Below, piece after piece: positions 46,411 to 55,181 of a stretch of DNA of 64,000 nt. The notes beneath the pieces were generated by a model. The model ran no database searches. It was not told the DNA's origin and worked only from the letters and a program-made list of their open reading frames with translations. Source of the stretch: Patescibacteria group bacterium UBA926 (GTDB lineage: Bacteria > Patescibacteriota > Doudnabacteria > UBA920); assembly GCA_002293685.1 (NCBI GenBank), contig DBDS01000002.1, forward strand, positions 31,742-95,741. Reading direction: 5' to 3'. How positions within the stretch are numbered: position 1 is the stretch's first letter; the number at the start of each line of letters is the position of its first letter. The position numbers and the translations under genes are program-made.

Positions 46411-46968
46411 TTATTTTCTCTTATTTCCGAAACGGGCGAAGTGAGCAAATGCTTTGTTTGCTTCAGCCATACGGTGAGTATCATCGCGCTTCTTCACAGC
46501 AGTTCCCTGCTTGTTGAACGCATCCATGATTTCTTGCGCAAGCTTTTGCGCCATAGGAGCGCCTTTGCGTGAACGCGCTGCAGCAATCATCCATTTCATA
46601 CCTAATGCTGTGCGACGTGGCTCTTGCACTTCCATAGGAACTTGGTAGTTTGAACCACCAATGCGACGACCTTTAATTTCCATAATTGGAGATACATTTT
46701 TCAATGCGATATCAAAAATCTGGCGAGGGTCGGTAATTTTTGCATCTGCAACTTCAGCAACAGAACCATCTTGTTCTTTGCTAGCTGGTGCAGAATTTTT
46801 AGACATCTTTTCTTCAACGATATCTAGCGCAGTGTAGAAAATTTTCTGTGAAGTTGTCTTCTTACCGCGTTCCATCAAATAGTTGATGAATTTTGCATAC
46901 TTAACACTGCTGAACTTTGGATCTGGTTCAGGTACGTGCTTTTCAAAACTTCTTGCTCTTCGTGGCAT
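46411..46968 (-). CDS. rpsG: 30S ribosomal protein uS7 with a ~20-aa internal insertion
   Basis: MPRR, GKK, RRIGGSNYQVP, HRMAEANKAFAH. Confidence 0.98.
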   Translation of the reverse strand: MPRRARSFEKHVPEPDPKFSSVKYAKFINYLMERGKKTTSQKIFYTALDIVEEKMSKNSAPASKEQDGSVAEVADAKITDPRQIFDIALKNVSPIMEIKGRRIGGSNYQVPMEVQEPRRTALGMKWMIAAARSRKGAPMAQKLAQEIMDAFNKQGTAVKKRDDTHRMAEANKAFAHFARFGNKRK

Positions 46969-46987
46969 CTTAGTTTTTCCTTTCAGA

Positions 46988-47040
46988 ATTCCCGGAAGCG
47001 AAGCTATCCGGGATCTAGACCCCGGCTCTTCGGCCGGGTA
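46988..47040. repeat. Family A-like double hairpin between rpsL and rpsG
   Basis: ttcccgga-agcgaagct-atccgggat and cccggctcttcggccggg. Confidence 0.6.
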
Positions 47041-47049
47041 TACTTTTTT

Positions 47050-47475
47050 CTAAGCGGCGGCTGATGGACGCTTAGTTCCATACTTTGAACGAGAGCGTTT
47101 TCGACCGTCAACGCCTAGGGTGTCCAATTTACCACGAACAATGTGGTAGCGCACACCAGGTAAATCTTTTACACGACCACCGCGGATCATTACCACACTG
47201 TGTTCCTGTAAATTGTGACCAACACCAGGAATGTACGCGAGTACTTCCATGCCGTTAGTTAATTTAATCTTGGCTACTTTACGCAAAGCCGAGTTCGGCT
47301 TCTTTGGAGTAGTTGTATAAACTTTTAGACAAACCCCTCGCATGAACGGGCTACCTGTCTTGATGAACAATGTCTTGTTCTTGATTAAGTTCTGACGGCG
47401 TTGTAGGGCCGGAGACTTACTCTTGGTTTGGGCAAGTTTTCTTGGCTTGCGAACCAACTGGTTAATAGTAGGCAC
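47050..47475 (-). CDS. rpsL: 30S ribosomal protein uS12
   Basis: [40 protein letters not shown]; GTG start. Confidence 0.99.
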   Translation of the reverse strand: MPTINQLVRKPRKLAQTKSKSPALQRRQNLIKNKTLFIKTGSPFMRGVCLKVYTTTPKKPNSALRKVAKIKLTNGMEVLAYIPGVGHNLQEHSVVMIRGGRVKDLPGVRYHIVRGKLDTLGVDGRKRSRSKYGTKRPSAAA

Positions 47476-47522
47476 TTCTTTGACCTTTCGTGGGATGACA
47501 CGTCCCTATTAATTTTTTACTA

Positions 47523-47690
47523 AGCTACTTATGTGATTGAGGTGAATTCGCGAAGAAATACGCGGCTATTTCGAGCCGTACTAAAGGTACGGTGAGAAAT
47601 AACGTAAGTATTTCGACAAAGAATTCGCCCAAAGCTTTATGTAAGTCCAAACTTGCTTTGGACTGCATAAAGGGTTCACATAATGTAGCT
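47523..47690 (+). repeat. Family B structured element in the rpsL leader
   Basis: TIR agctacttatgtga/tcacataatgtagct, core GAGCCGTAC..GTACGGTGAG; closest to the copy at 28329-28495. Confidence 0.85.
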
Positions 47691-47831
47691 AAAACAAAAA
47701 CTGACCTAAGAGTCAGTCTCTTTGGCTCACGCACGCGGTACTCTGACGAAGCCTTATCAGATAACTTCCCGCTTAACGCGACAATGTGTCAGTAATTCCT
47801 TAAGTTGGGGCTTCTAATGAATTATGAGAAT

Positions 47832-47860
47832 ATTATAGAAGATTGTTCAGGTTTAGTCAA
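47832..47860 (-). promoter_or_regulatory. Promoter of the str operon
   Basis: TTGACT-17bp-TATAAT. Confidence 0.7.
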
Positions 47861-47899
47861 CACTTATTATTCAATGGAATAATTCTAAATCAAGGAGTT

Positions 47900-48508
47900 T
47901 TAAATATTAAATATTCGAAAGAAGATGCCTGTAACTAAACTATAGATAGGTGTGAATAGGCCTGAAAGAACAAAGATCATAACAAGAATAAAACCAAATC
48001 GCTCTAGTTCCAAAAATTTATACATATACTTATCCGGAAGTAGAGTTGCTAAAATCTTACTTCCGTCTAACGGTGGGATAGGTAATAGATTAAATACACC
48101 AAGTACTAGATTAAGAACCACGGCAATTTTCCAAATCTCAGCCATAAATCCATCGATCAAACCAAATGTTAATGGTAAGGCGAAAATAATCGCTAAAATA
48201 AAATTGGATGCGGAACCAGAGATCGAAACAAGGACCATTCCTAGTTTACGGGGTCGTAAATTCTCAAATTGCACTGGCACAGGATTTGCATATCCAAACA
48301 GAAACGGACTGCCTAAAAAGAGCAGTAATCCTGGTAAAAGAATCGAGCCGATCGGATCAATGTGAGGAATTGGATTAAGTGTAATGCGACCTGCATCACG
48401 GGCTGTACTGTCCCCTAATTTTTCTGCAACTAATGCATGGCAAATTTCATGTACTATAACTGAGAATAATAAAATTGGGAGGAAAATTAAAATACTATAT
48501 ATATCCAT
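47900..48508 (-). CDS. Site-2 (M50) membrane metalloprotease
   Basis: HEICH, GD.TA...GRITLNP, FNLLPIPPLDGS. Confidence 0.95.
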   Translation of the reverse strand: MDIYSILIFLPILLFSVIVHEICHALVAEKLGDSTARDAGRITLNPIPHIDPIGSILLPGLLLFLGSPFLFGYANPVPVQFENLRPRKLGMVLVSISGSASNFILAIIFALPLTFGLIDGFMAEIWKIAVVLNLVLGVFNLLPIPPLDGSKILATLLPDKYMYKFLELERFGFILVMIFVLSGLFTPIYSLVTGIFFRIFNI

Positions 48509-48599
48509 TTCTTAATTTTAGCATAATCAAATATGCTAAGAAAGTTGATCATTTTTAAGGATTACTCATTAGTGAGTCTGGTGCCCAAACACCCTACAC

Positions 48600-48628
48600 T
48601 TGCCAATTCTTTTATATTCCAGTATACT
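48600..48628 (+). promoter_or_regulatory. Promoter of rpmB
   Basis: TTGCCA-17bp-TATACT. Confidence 0.6.
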
Positions 48629-48686
48629 TAGCAAGTATCATTTTTATAACCAAATCGGCACATCGCCGAATTAACAAAGGATTACT

Positions 48687-48884
48687 ATGCCAAGAATGTG
48701 TACCACTTGCGGCAAAACTTACTCTAAAACTATCAAGCGTTCTCACTCAATGAGAGCATCTATTGTCCGATTGAAATCCAATCTCCAATGGACACGCAAT
48801 GAAGATGGAAATCGAGTGAAAGCTTGTACCAGCTGCATTAAAGCAAAAACCAAGAAAGCTACTAAAGCCAAAATCGCTGCATAA
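48687..48884 (+). CDS. rpmB: 50S ribosomal protein bL28 (Zn-ribbon type)
   Basis: C..CGK, RSHS, NLQ, CTSCIK; terminator at 48887-48913. Confidence 0.9.
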   Translation: MPRMCTTCGKTYSKTIKRSHSMRASIVRLKSNLQWTRNEDGNRVKACTSCIKAKTKKATKAKIAA

Positions 48885-48921
48885 GAAATACCCCCGCTTA
48901 CGCGGGGGTATTTTGTTTATG

Positions 48922-49037
48922 AGCGGCACAAGTGATATCTTTCGTCGAGCCGCAGGGCTACGCTTCAAGTAATTTTCTTTAGAAAATTACTTGAGCTGGG
49001 CCCAGAGCCTCTCCTTTAAGATATCACTTGTGCCGCT
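48922..49037. repeat. Family D palindromic element
   Basis: 20-bp TIR agcggcacaagtgatatctt/aagatatcacttgtgccgct; CTACGC-hairpin-GCTGGG core. Confidence 0.8.
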
Positions 49038-49039
49038 TA

Positions 49040-49325
49040 AAAATGGGGTGGAATGAGAGATACATTCCTGCTCTGATTCGCTACTTAAGAAAGGCTGGGG
49101 TGATTTGCCGTATCCACCCAATCGCTACGCTCCGCTTGCAGCGGAGCTGGGCGAATGGGTTCCACTTACAAACCACCTCAGCCTTTCTTAAAATATAGGG
49201 AAGAAGAAAAATGCATTCCATTCTTCCCATTCCATTTTCACTGGCGGGTGGTGCCGCCTGGAGGCCCTCCGACCGCCCGCACGGAGGAGGACGGTTGGAG
49301 GTAGGCGGCGACAGGACCCGCCGAG
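49040..49325 (+). other. Two further long hairpins (49040-49238, 49241-49325); candidate structured RNA or repeat cluster
   Basis: aagaaaggctggggtg/cacctcagcctttctt stem with a family D core; GC-rich ggcgggt/acccgcc, gccgcct/aggcggc, cctccgaccg/cggttggagg. Confidence 0.55.
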
Positions 49326-49362
49326 TCATACTAAAACCCCGCCATAAGGCGGGGTTTGTAAT

Positions 49363-49728
49363 TTAGTGGTGTTCAGCTTCATCAGCTTCGGCTTTGGTTT
49401 TATGAACAGTTGCGTTCTCGTGTTCAGGTGGACTGTAAATCGTAAATAGCTTTAGAGGTGAATCCCCTGTATTAATAAAGTTATGCTTAGTGGTAGCAGG
49501 AACATTTGCTACATCCCCGGCAGCAAACTCTTCTTCGCGTCCTTCAAATACAGCTTTACCTGAACCGGCTACAAAATATAAAATTTGGTCTAAGTCATGT
49601 TCTTCTTCGCCGATCTCTTCGCCTGGGTTGATACACATCAACACAAGTTGTGAATGAGAATTAGTAATTAAGACTCGACGAAAATCGGTGTTATCAAGGG
49701 TAAGTTTGTGAAGATTTTTTGTAATCAT
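49363..49728 (-). CDS. Cupin-domain protein
   Basis: FRRVL, QLVLM, EIGEEEH..DQ, HNFINTG..PLKLFTIYSPPEH. Confidence 0.9.
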   Translation of the reverse strand: MITKNLHKLTLDNTDFRRVLITNSHSQLVLMCINPGEEIGEEEHDLDQILYFVAGSGKAVFEGREEEFAAGDVANVPATTKHNFINTGDSPLKLFTIYSPPEHENATVHKTKAEADEAEHH

Positions 49729-49741
49729 AAAATCCTTTCAG

Positions 49742-52390
49742 TTAATCTCTCTGCCAATACAATACCAGACGACGGAGCACCTTAACAAGCTCTTCCCAGA
49801 TTAAGATTGAAGATGCGGCCGCAAGTGTGATTAACCATTCATTAAGAGTTAAATCTACAGTTCCTAAAATTTTCTGCATCGGTCCCCAGTGTACAGCCGC
49901 CCATTGCAATAATGCAACTGCAGCAATTGCTGCCCATAGCCATTTATTTGTGAATGCCTGACTGAACGCAGAACGAGTTTCGCTTCGACAATTAAAAGCA
50001 TTATACCACTGGTAAATTGCTAAAACTGTAAGAGAAATGGTTTGTGCTTTAGCAATATCGCCATCGCGATAAAAATCAAACAACCACAGAGTTCCGATTG
50101 CCATGATTAACGCTAGTGGAATCATTCTTAGCACCATGAATCTATCGATCATGTACTTGGCCGGTTTTCGGTAAGGCTCTCGGAGTAAATTTCCCTCTTT
50201 CGGTTCCGCGGCAAAAGCGATTGTTAAGAATCCATCAGTAACTAAGTTCAACCAAAGGATTTGCACGGCTGTAACTGGAAGCGGCCATGCCAACAACAAT
50301 GCACCGACAATTGTAAACAATTCACCGAAACTGGTAGAGGTCAAATATAGAATAGCGCGTTTAATAGTTTTATAAATGTTTCTCCCCTCTTCAACTGCGG
50401 CAGCAATAGTAGAAAAGTTATCATCGAGTAAAATAATATCTGCGGATTCTTTGGTTACTTCTGTACCGGTTTTACCCATCGCTATTCCTAAATCAGCAGC
50501 CACTAATGAAGGAACATCATTAACTCCATCCCCGGTCATTGCAGTAACTTTTCCTAACTCTTGATACCCCTGAACGATGCGAAGCTTATTGTCTGGTGTA
50601 ATGCGAGCAAATACCGAAGTTGTCGGAAGAACACCTAATAACTCATTTTTAGAAAGTTTCTCCATGTCTGCGCCCGTCAAAACTTGATCGCCTTCCTCAA
50701 AAATCCCCGCTTGCCTGGCGATTGCCTTGGCTGTTTCAGGCCAGTCTCCTGTTATCATAACAACTTTCATCCCTGCAGATTTCACATCAGCAACAGCACC
50801 AGGGACTTCTCGATGCAAAGTATCTTGCATGCCATACAAACCACCGAAGTGAAGCTTTGGAATTTTTTCAGGATCAACTGCACCCTCAACAGTAGCAAAT
50901 CCAAACGCGATGATACGCAAGCCCTCACCCGCCATTTCTGTCATCGCGTGCTCAAATTCATTATGATCACGGCCGGCCAAACTAGCCACTGCTTCTGGCG
51001 CACCAATCACGGCCAGAGTATGTTTGCCATTTTCTTCAAATACAACCGCACGATATTTTGTACGATAATCAAATGGAATTTCTTGGATCAATCGGTGGTT
51101 TACCAATATGGCCTTCTTTCCAAATCCTAATTTTTCGGCTAGTACTAGCATCGCAGCTTCAGTTGGATCGCCTTGAACAATCCAAGCTTTGGTTTTAGGG
51201 TCAAAAATTAGTTCTGCAGAAGCGAACGCAGCAAATTTTGCTGCAAGTAATAATTCGGCTGTGTGATCTGGCGCCACTACTTTTCCATGATAACTCGCCT
51301 CTCCCTTTGGCTCATAACCACGACCACTAATTTCAAAAGTTTTACCCGCTACAAAAACCTTTTTCACAACTAATTGATTGCGGGTAATAGTTCCCGTTTT
51401 ATCGACAGCGATTACATTCGCATGACCCAATGCTTCCACAGCTGCAAGTTTTTTCACCAAAGCTTTACGTTGACTCATTCGCCAAACACCATTCGCCAAA
51501 ATTAAAGTCATGATGATTGGCAGACCTGAAGGAATCAATGATACTGCTAAAGCAACAGAAGTTTTTACCATTACCAATAACTCAAGCCCAAGCCATAAAC
51601 CCAAACCAACAAATCCTACGCAGAAAATCGTTACAGCGATAACTATTATGCGAGATAGATAACGAACATTTTTCTGCAAAGGGATTTCTGTATCCAGACC
51701 CATCACCTTAACAGAGAGCTGGCCAATTTGAGTATTCACACCTGTAGCAGTCACAACAAAATTTGCATTACCAGAAACGATACTTGTTCCTTTAAAAACC
51801 ATGTTCAACTGATCTGCCGGATTCAATGTAGATAAACCTTTTTGTTCAGTGATTGGATCAATCGTTTTTGCAACCGCGTTTGATTCACCAGTTAATGAAG
51901 CTTCATCTACAGTCGCACCTACTACTTCGATTAATCTACCATCAGCCGGTATCCGACCACCTTCATGTAGAACAACGATATCACCGACGACTAACTCTTT
52001 ATCAGAAATCACTGTTTCTTTACCATCACGGACAACCAAAGCTTGAGTCTGAATGAAATTCTTTAAAGCTGCCAAAGTATTATTGGCGCGACCTTCTTGA
52101 ACTGTTCCGATTACAGCATTAAACAAGAGTACAATTGAAATCACAATACTGTCTGCAATATCTCCCAACAGCAAGACAATTACGCTGACGATCAACAAAA
52201 TGTAAACTAGAGGACTTTTAAATTGTGAAATAAAAACTTGAACAAGCGAAGGTTGCTTCGCTTCAGGTAAAGCATTAACTCCGTCCCGCTTCAAACGTAA
52301 AGAAGCCTCTTGTTCTGAGAGGCCGTTTATAGTTGTACCATGAGCTTCTAGTACTTCATCAATTGTTTTTTGATACCAGTTTTGTTTCAT
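49742..52390 (-). CDS. P-type cation-transporting ATPase (P2A, Ca2+-like)
   Basis: TGES, DKTGT, GDPTE, MITGD, MTGDGVND, QILWLNLVTD. Confidence 0.95.
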   Translation of the reverse strand: MKQNWYQKTIDEVLEAHGTTINGLSEQEASLRLKRDGVNALPEAKQPSLVQVFISQFKSPLVYILLIVSVIVLLLGDIADSIVISIVLLFNAVIGTVQEGRANNTLAALKNFIQTQALVVRDGKETVISDKELVVGDIVVLHEGGRIPADGRLIEVVGATVDEASLTGESNAVAKTIDPITEQKGLSTLNPADQLNMVFKGTSIVSGNANFVVTATGVNTQIGQLSVKVMGLDTEIPLQKNVRYLSRIIVIAVTIFCVGFVGLGLWLGLELLVMVKTSVALAVSLIPSGLPIIMTLILANGVWRMSQRKALVKKLAAVEALGHANVIAVDKTGTITRNQLVVKKVFVAGKTFEISGRGYEPKGEASYHGKVVAPDHTAELLLAAKFAAFASAELIFDPKTKAWIVQGDPTEAAMLVLAEKLGFGKKAILVNHRLIQEIPFDYRTKYRAVVFEENGKHTLAVIGAPEAVASLAGRDHNEFEHAMTEMAGEGLRIIAFGFATVEGAVDPEKIPKLHFGGLYGMQDTLHREVPGAVADVKSAGMKVVMITGDWPETAKAIARQAGIFEEGDQVLTGADMEKLSKNELLGVLPTTSVFARITPDNKLRIVQGYQELGKVTAMTGDGVNDVPSLVAADLGIAMGKTGTEVTKESADIILLDDNFSTIAAAVEEGRNIYKTIKRAILYLTSTSFGELFTIVGALLLAWPLPVTAVQILWLNLVTDGFLTIAFAAEPKEGNLLREPYRKPAKYMIDRFMVLRMIPLALIMAIGTLWLFDFYRDGDIAKAQTISLTVLAIYQWYNAFNCRSETRSAFSQAFTNKWLWAAIAAVALLQWAAVHWGPMQKILGTVDLTLNEWLITLAAASSILIWEELVKVLRRLVLYWQRD

Positions 52391-52440
52391 TTAGAGCACA
52401 ATCAATACCTGTTTGCTCAATTATAACGCAATTAACAGAT

Positions 52441-53304
52441 TTATTGAATTAAATCTTGAAAATTAAACTTAGATAAAAATATATACCAAAATAGTAACAA
52501 GCCGATTATTCCATTAATGTATGGGAACCACCAATACACGCGATGGATTACGGAAGGTTTTATTAATAATAGTAGGCTTGAAAGTGGGTAAACATATGCG
52601 AGGTAAGTTAGAATTGTGCCTGGAAAGTTCTGTGTGAATAAAATTGCAGTGATAACCCAAAGCACAGTACATAGAACTAACGACCATTTTTCCTTAAGTA
52701 GCACTGCCGTGGTTGTGAGATTTGCTTGCTTATCACTAGCAATATCAGGAACGGCGGAAAAGATATGCATCGAAGCTGTCCAGCTCCATGCTGCGATGAT
52801 TGCCCAAAGCGGTGGAAATTCACCGCTAAGCAGAGCATAGGCCACAAATCCAATTACTGCATAATGAACATTTGAAATTGCGTCGATAAAGGGCTTGGCC
52901 TTAAAACGGAATGGTAATGAACTGTATGCCCATGCTAAAAATAAAAAAATTAGAAATAGAATTGTCGCTTTTATATTCGGAGTTAAAATTGCCAATACAA
53001 TTCCTAGTACTAAAGAGCCATAAACTAAGCTTTGCAGCCAGGAACGTTCTGTGTTTTGCAAGCGATGTTCTTTATCGTCTTTTTTAGAATTGAACTCGTC
53101 GGTGTCGCCGTCGAACATATCATTGATTCCATAAATAAAAATATTTGCAGGAATCATGAAATAAATTAGCAACAACAAAACCAGAGGCGATGCTAATTGG
53201 CTAAGTTCGCTCGCACCAGCAATCGCTCCAACCCAAAACGTCCCACCCGCGTACAGCCAAAATCTTGGTCTGGAAATTTTAATTAGGGTTTTTAATTTGT
53301 TCAT
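52441..53304 (-). CDS. UbiA-family prenyltransferase, lycopene elongase (LyeJ/CrtEb)-like
   Basis: SRPRFWLY, YGINDMFD.DTD..N.KK, YSS.PFRFK.KPF.D, H.FSAVPDI..D; in an operon with crtI/crtB. Confidence 0.8.
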   Translation of the reverse strand: MNKLKTLIKISRPRFWLYAGGTFWVGAIAGASELSQLASPLVLLLLIYFMIPANIFIYGINDMFDGDTDEFNSKKDDKEHRLQNTERSWLQSLVYGSLVLGIVLAILTPNIKATILFLIFLFLAWAYSSLPFRFKAKPFIDAISNVHYAVIGFVAYALLSGEFPPLWAIIAAWSWTASMHIFSAVPDIASDKQANLTTTAVLLKEKWSLVLCTVLWVITAILFTQNFPGTILTYLAYVYPLSSLLLLIKPSVIHRVYWWFPYINGIIGLLLFWYIFLSKFNFQDLIQ

Positions 53305-54362
53305 TATTTTTCCCTTGAAACAAGGTATACAGTTAAATCAATTAGTCCTTGTTTTGATAATTTTGAAAATGGGAGTTTATCAATATCTTTGATAACAATT
53401 TTTTGATGCTTAGCTATTTCTTTATTAGCCAGTTCTTCAATTTTGTATTTATGTAGAAGGTCCATAATCTTTACTTGCTGCTCGTCTGAAATAATAGCTT
53501 GTCCATTATATAACTTTTTTAATAAGGCAGTGTCAGCGGCCGAGCATTTTTTAAGCAACTCAAAGTAAAGCCAAGTTTGTTTTTTCTCGCGAATATCACC
53601 ACCGACTGATTTTCCTGTTTTTGTAGAATTTCCAAACACACCCAAACAGTCATCCTTGAGTTGAAAAATTACTCCTAGACTTTTAGCTAGCTGGTAAACA
53701 AGTTTTTCTGTTTTGTTATCTAGCTTGTTCTGCAAAATCAATCCAGCCAACAGTGGTAATGCAAATGTGTAACGGCCAGTCTTTTGCTCATAAATACGCA
53801 AAATTGCTTCTTTATTGATATAGCCTTTATTAGTCGAACTGTTCACGTCGTCCATCTGCGCTAAACCAAGTACAGTCATTTCTGAACTGAATAAATTAAT
53901 TAGTTTCGGAGTGACTTTTGAATTTTTCAATTCTGCAAATTGATTGATCGCTAAAAAATAAGCAACAATTGCCACACAACTAGCCATGCTTTCACCGTAA
54001 TGCAAGCTTTCATTTCTATCACGTGAGTCTAGTAATTTTTGATATTGAGCATGGACTGTTGGAATACCGCGTCGCTTTTGATCGCGATCCATAATATCAT
54101 CATGAACTAATATTCCTGTGTGCATGATCTCGAGCATAGCACCCATTTTCACAGCATCAGCTAACTGGTTTTTAGTTTTTGGTTCCGCTGCAAACACAAC
54201 CAACAATCCGCGAATCAACTTTCCCGCCAAAGCAAACTCTTCCAAACGCTCAAGTGCATCTTTACTCCAAATATGCGATGACTTGGAAAAAGTCTTGGCT
54301 TTACTAACCATGCTTTTGATTTCTTTTTCTAAATGTATTCGATTACTATAAAAATTTTTCAT
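53304..54362 (-). CDS. crtE: Polyprenyl (GGPP) diphosphate synthase
   Basis: GKLIR, LVHDDIMD...RRG, KTGRY, FQLKDD, GKSVGGDIRE.K. Confidence 0.88.
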   Translation of the reverse strand: MKNFYSNRIHLEKEIKSMVSKAKTFSKSSHIWSKDALERLEEFALAGKLIRGLLVVFAAEPKTKNQLADAVKMGAMLEIMHTGILVHDDIMDRDQKRRGIPTVHAQYQKLLDSRDRNESLHYGESMASCVAIVAYFLAINQFAELKNSKVTPKLINLFSSEMTVLGLAQMDDVNSSTNKGYINKEAILRIYEQKTGRYTFALPLLAGLILQNKLDNKTEKLVYQLAKSLGVIFQLKDDCLGVFGNSTKTGKSVGGDIREKKQTWLYFELLKKCSAADTALLKKLYNGQAIISDEQQVKIMDLLHKYKIEELANKEIAKHQKIVIKDIDKLPFSKLSKQGLIDLTVYLVSREK

Positions 54363-54365
54363 AAA

Positions 54366-55181
54366 TTAAAATATACTTTTCACTAGACTTACTACGACTT
54401 CAGGTTTTGTTGGCTTCACTTTGGAATTGAATACCAACATTGGATTATCAGAAATCTTTCGGATAGTTGTGTCGAACATCAACGCCGCCGCTTCAACAGG
54501 AATTCGCAACCGCTTTGGAATGAACTTAAATCCTTGCTCAGCTTCTTTACGCCACACCCAGTATCGTTCGATCTCACTCTGAATAAATTTCTGAAATTGT
54601 TCTGACTTTGCATTTACTTCTTCAAAAGTTAAATTTTGCAAACCAAACTGCTTATAGTGATTGGCTGGTAAATAAGTTCGGGCAAATTTTTGATCTTCGT
54701 TGATATCACGAATCATGTTCATATACTGAAAAGCTTTCCCTAAAGCTTTGGCATATGGGTATGACTCGGGCGCGAGCTTCATTATCTTCGCCATCATCAG
54801 TCCAATTACTTCAGCTGACCCGTAGATGTAATCCAAAGTTTCCGAGAGTTCATTATAATCATGTTTAGTAATATCCTGCTCCATCGACTTGAAAAACGCA
54901 TCAATCCAAGGTTGTTCGAACTGGCGTTGGTTTTGTAATTCTACAAATCGCATCACAATGGAATTATCGACTACCCCACCTTTAACAGCTTTGTAGTATT
55001 CAGACTTCAAATTATAGTATTCCGCAGTCTGCTGAGGAACCGAATCAATAAAATCATCGAACACTCTCACGAAAGCGTATAAATCAAACACGTCTTCCTG
55101 AATTTTTTTCGGGAAAAATAAACTAGCGGTGAAAAAAGTCACGCTACCGTTTTTGAATATTTTGTAAGATAACTTATCCAT
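54366..55181 (-). CDS. crtB: Phytoene synthase
   Basis: GSVTFF, LYAFVRVFDDFID, YIYGSAEVIG, AFQYMNMIRDINED; start corrected to 55181. Confidence 0.92.
   Translation of the reverse strand: MDKLSYKIFKNGSVTFFTASLFFPKKIQEDVFDLYAFVRVFDDFIDSVPQQTAEYYNLKSEYYKAVKGGVVDNSIVMRFVELQNQRQFEQPWIDAFFKSMEQDITKHDYNELSETLDYIYGSAEVIGLMMAKIMKLAPESYPYAKALGKAFQYMNMIRDINEDQKFARTYLPANHYKQFGLQNLTFEEVNAKSEQFQKFIQSEIERYWVWRKEAEQGFKFIPKRLRIPVEAAALMFDTTIRKISDNPMLVFNSKVKPTKPEVVVSLVKSIF

Noticed and set aside
49241-49325. SRP (4.5S) RNA candidate
   Set aside because: Size and GC content fit, but the conserved helix-8 CAGG-GNRA-AGCAG motif is not visible on either strand.
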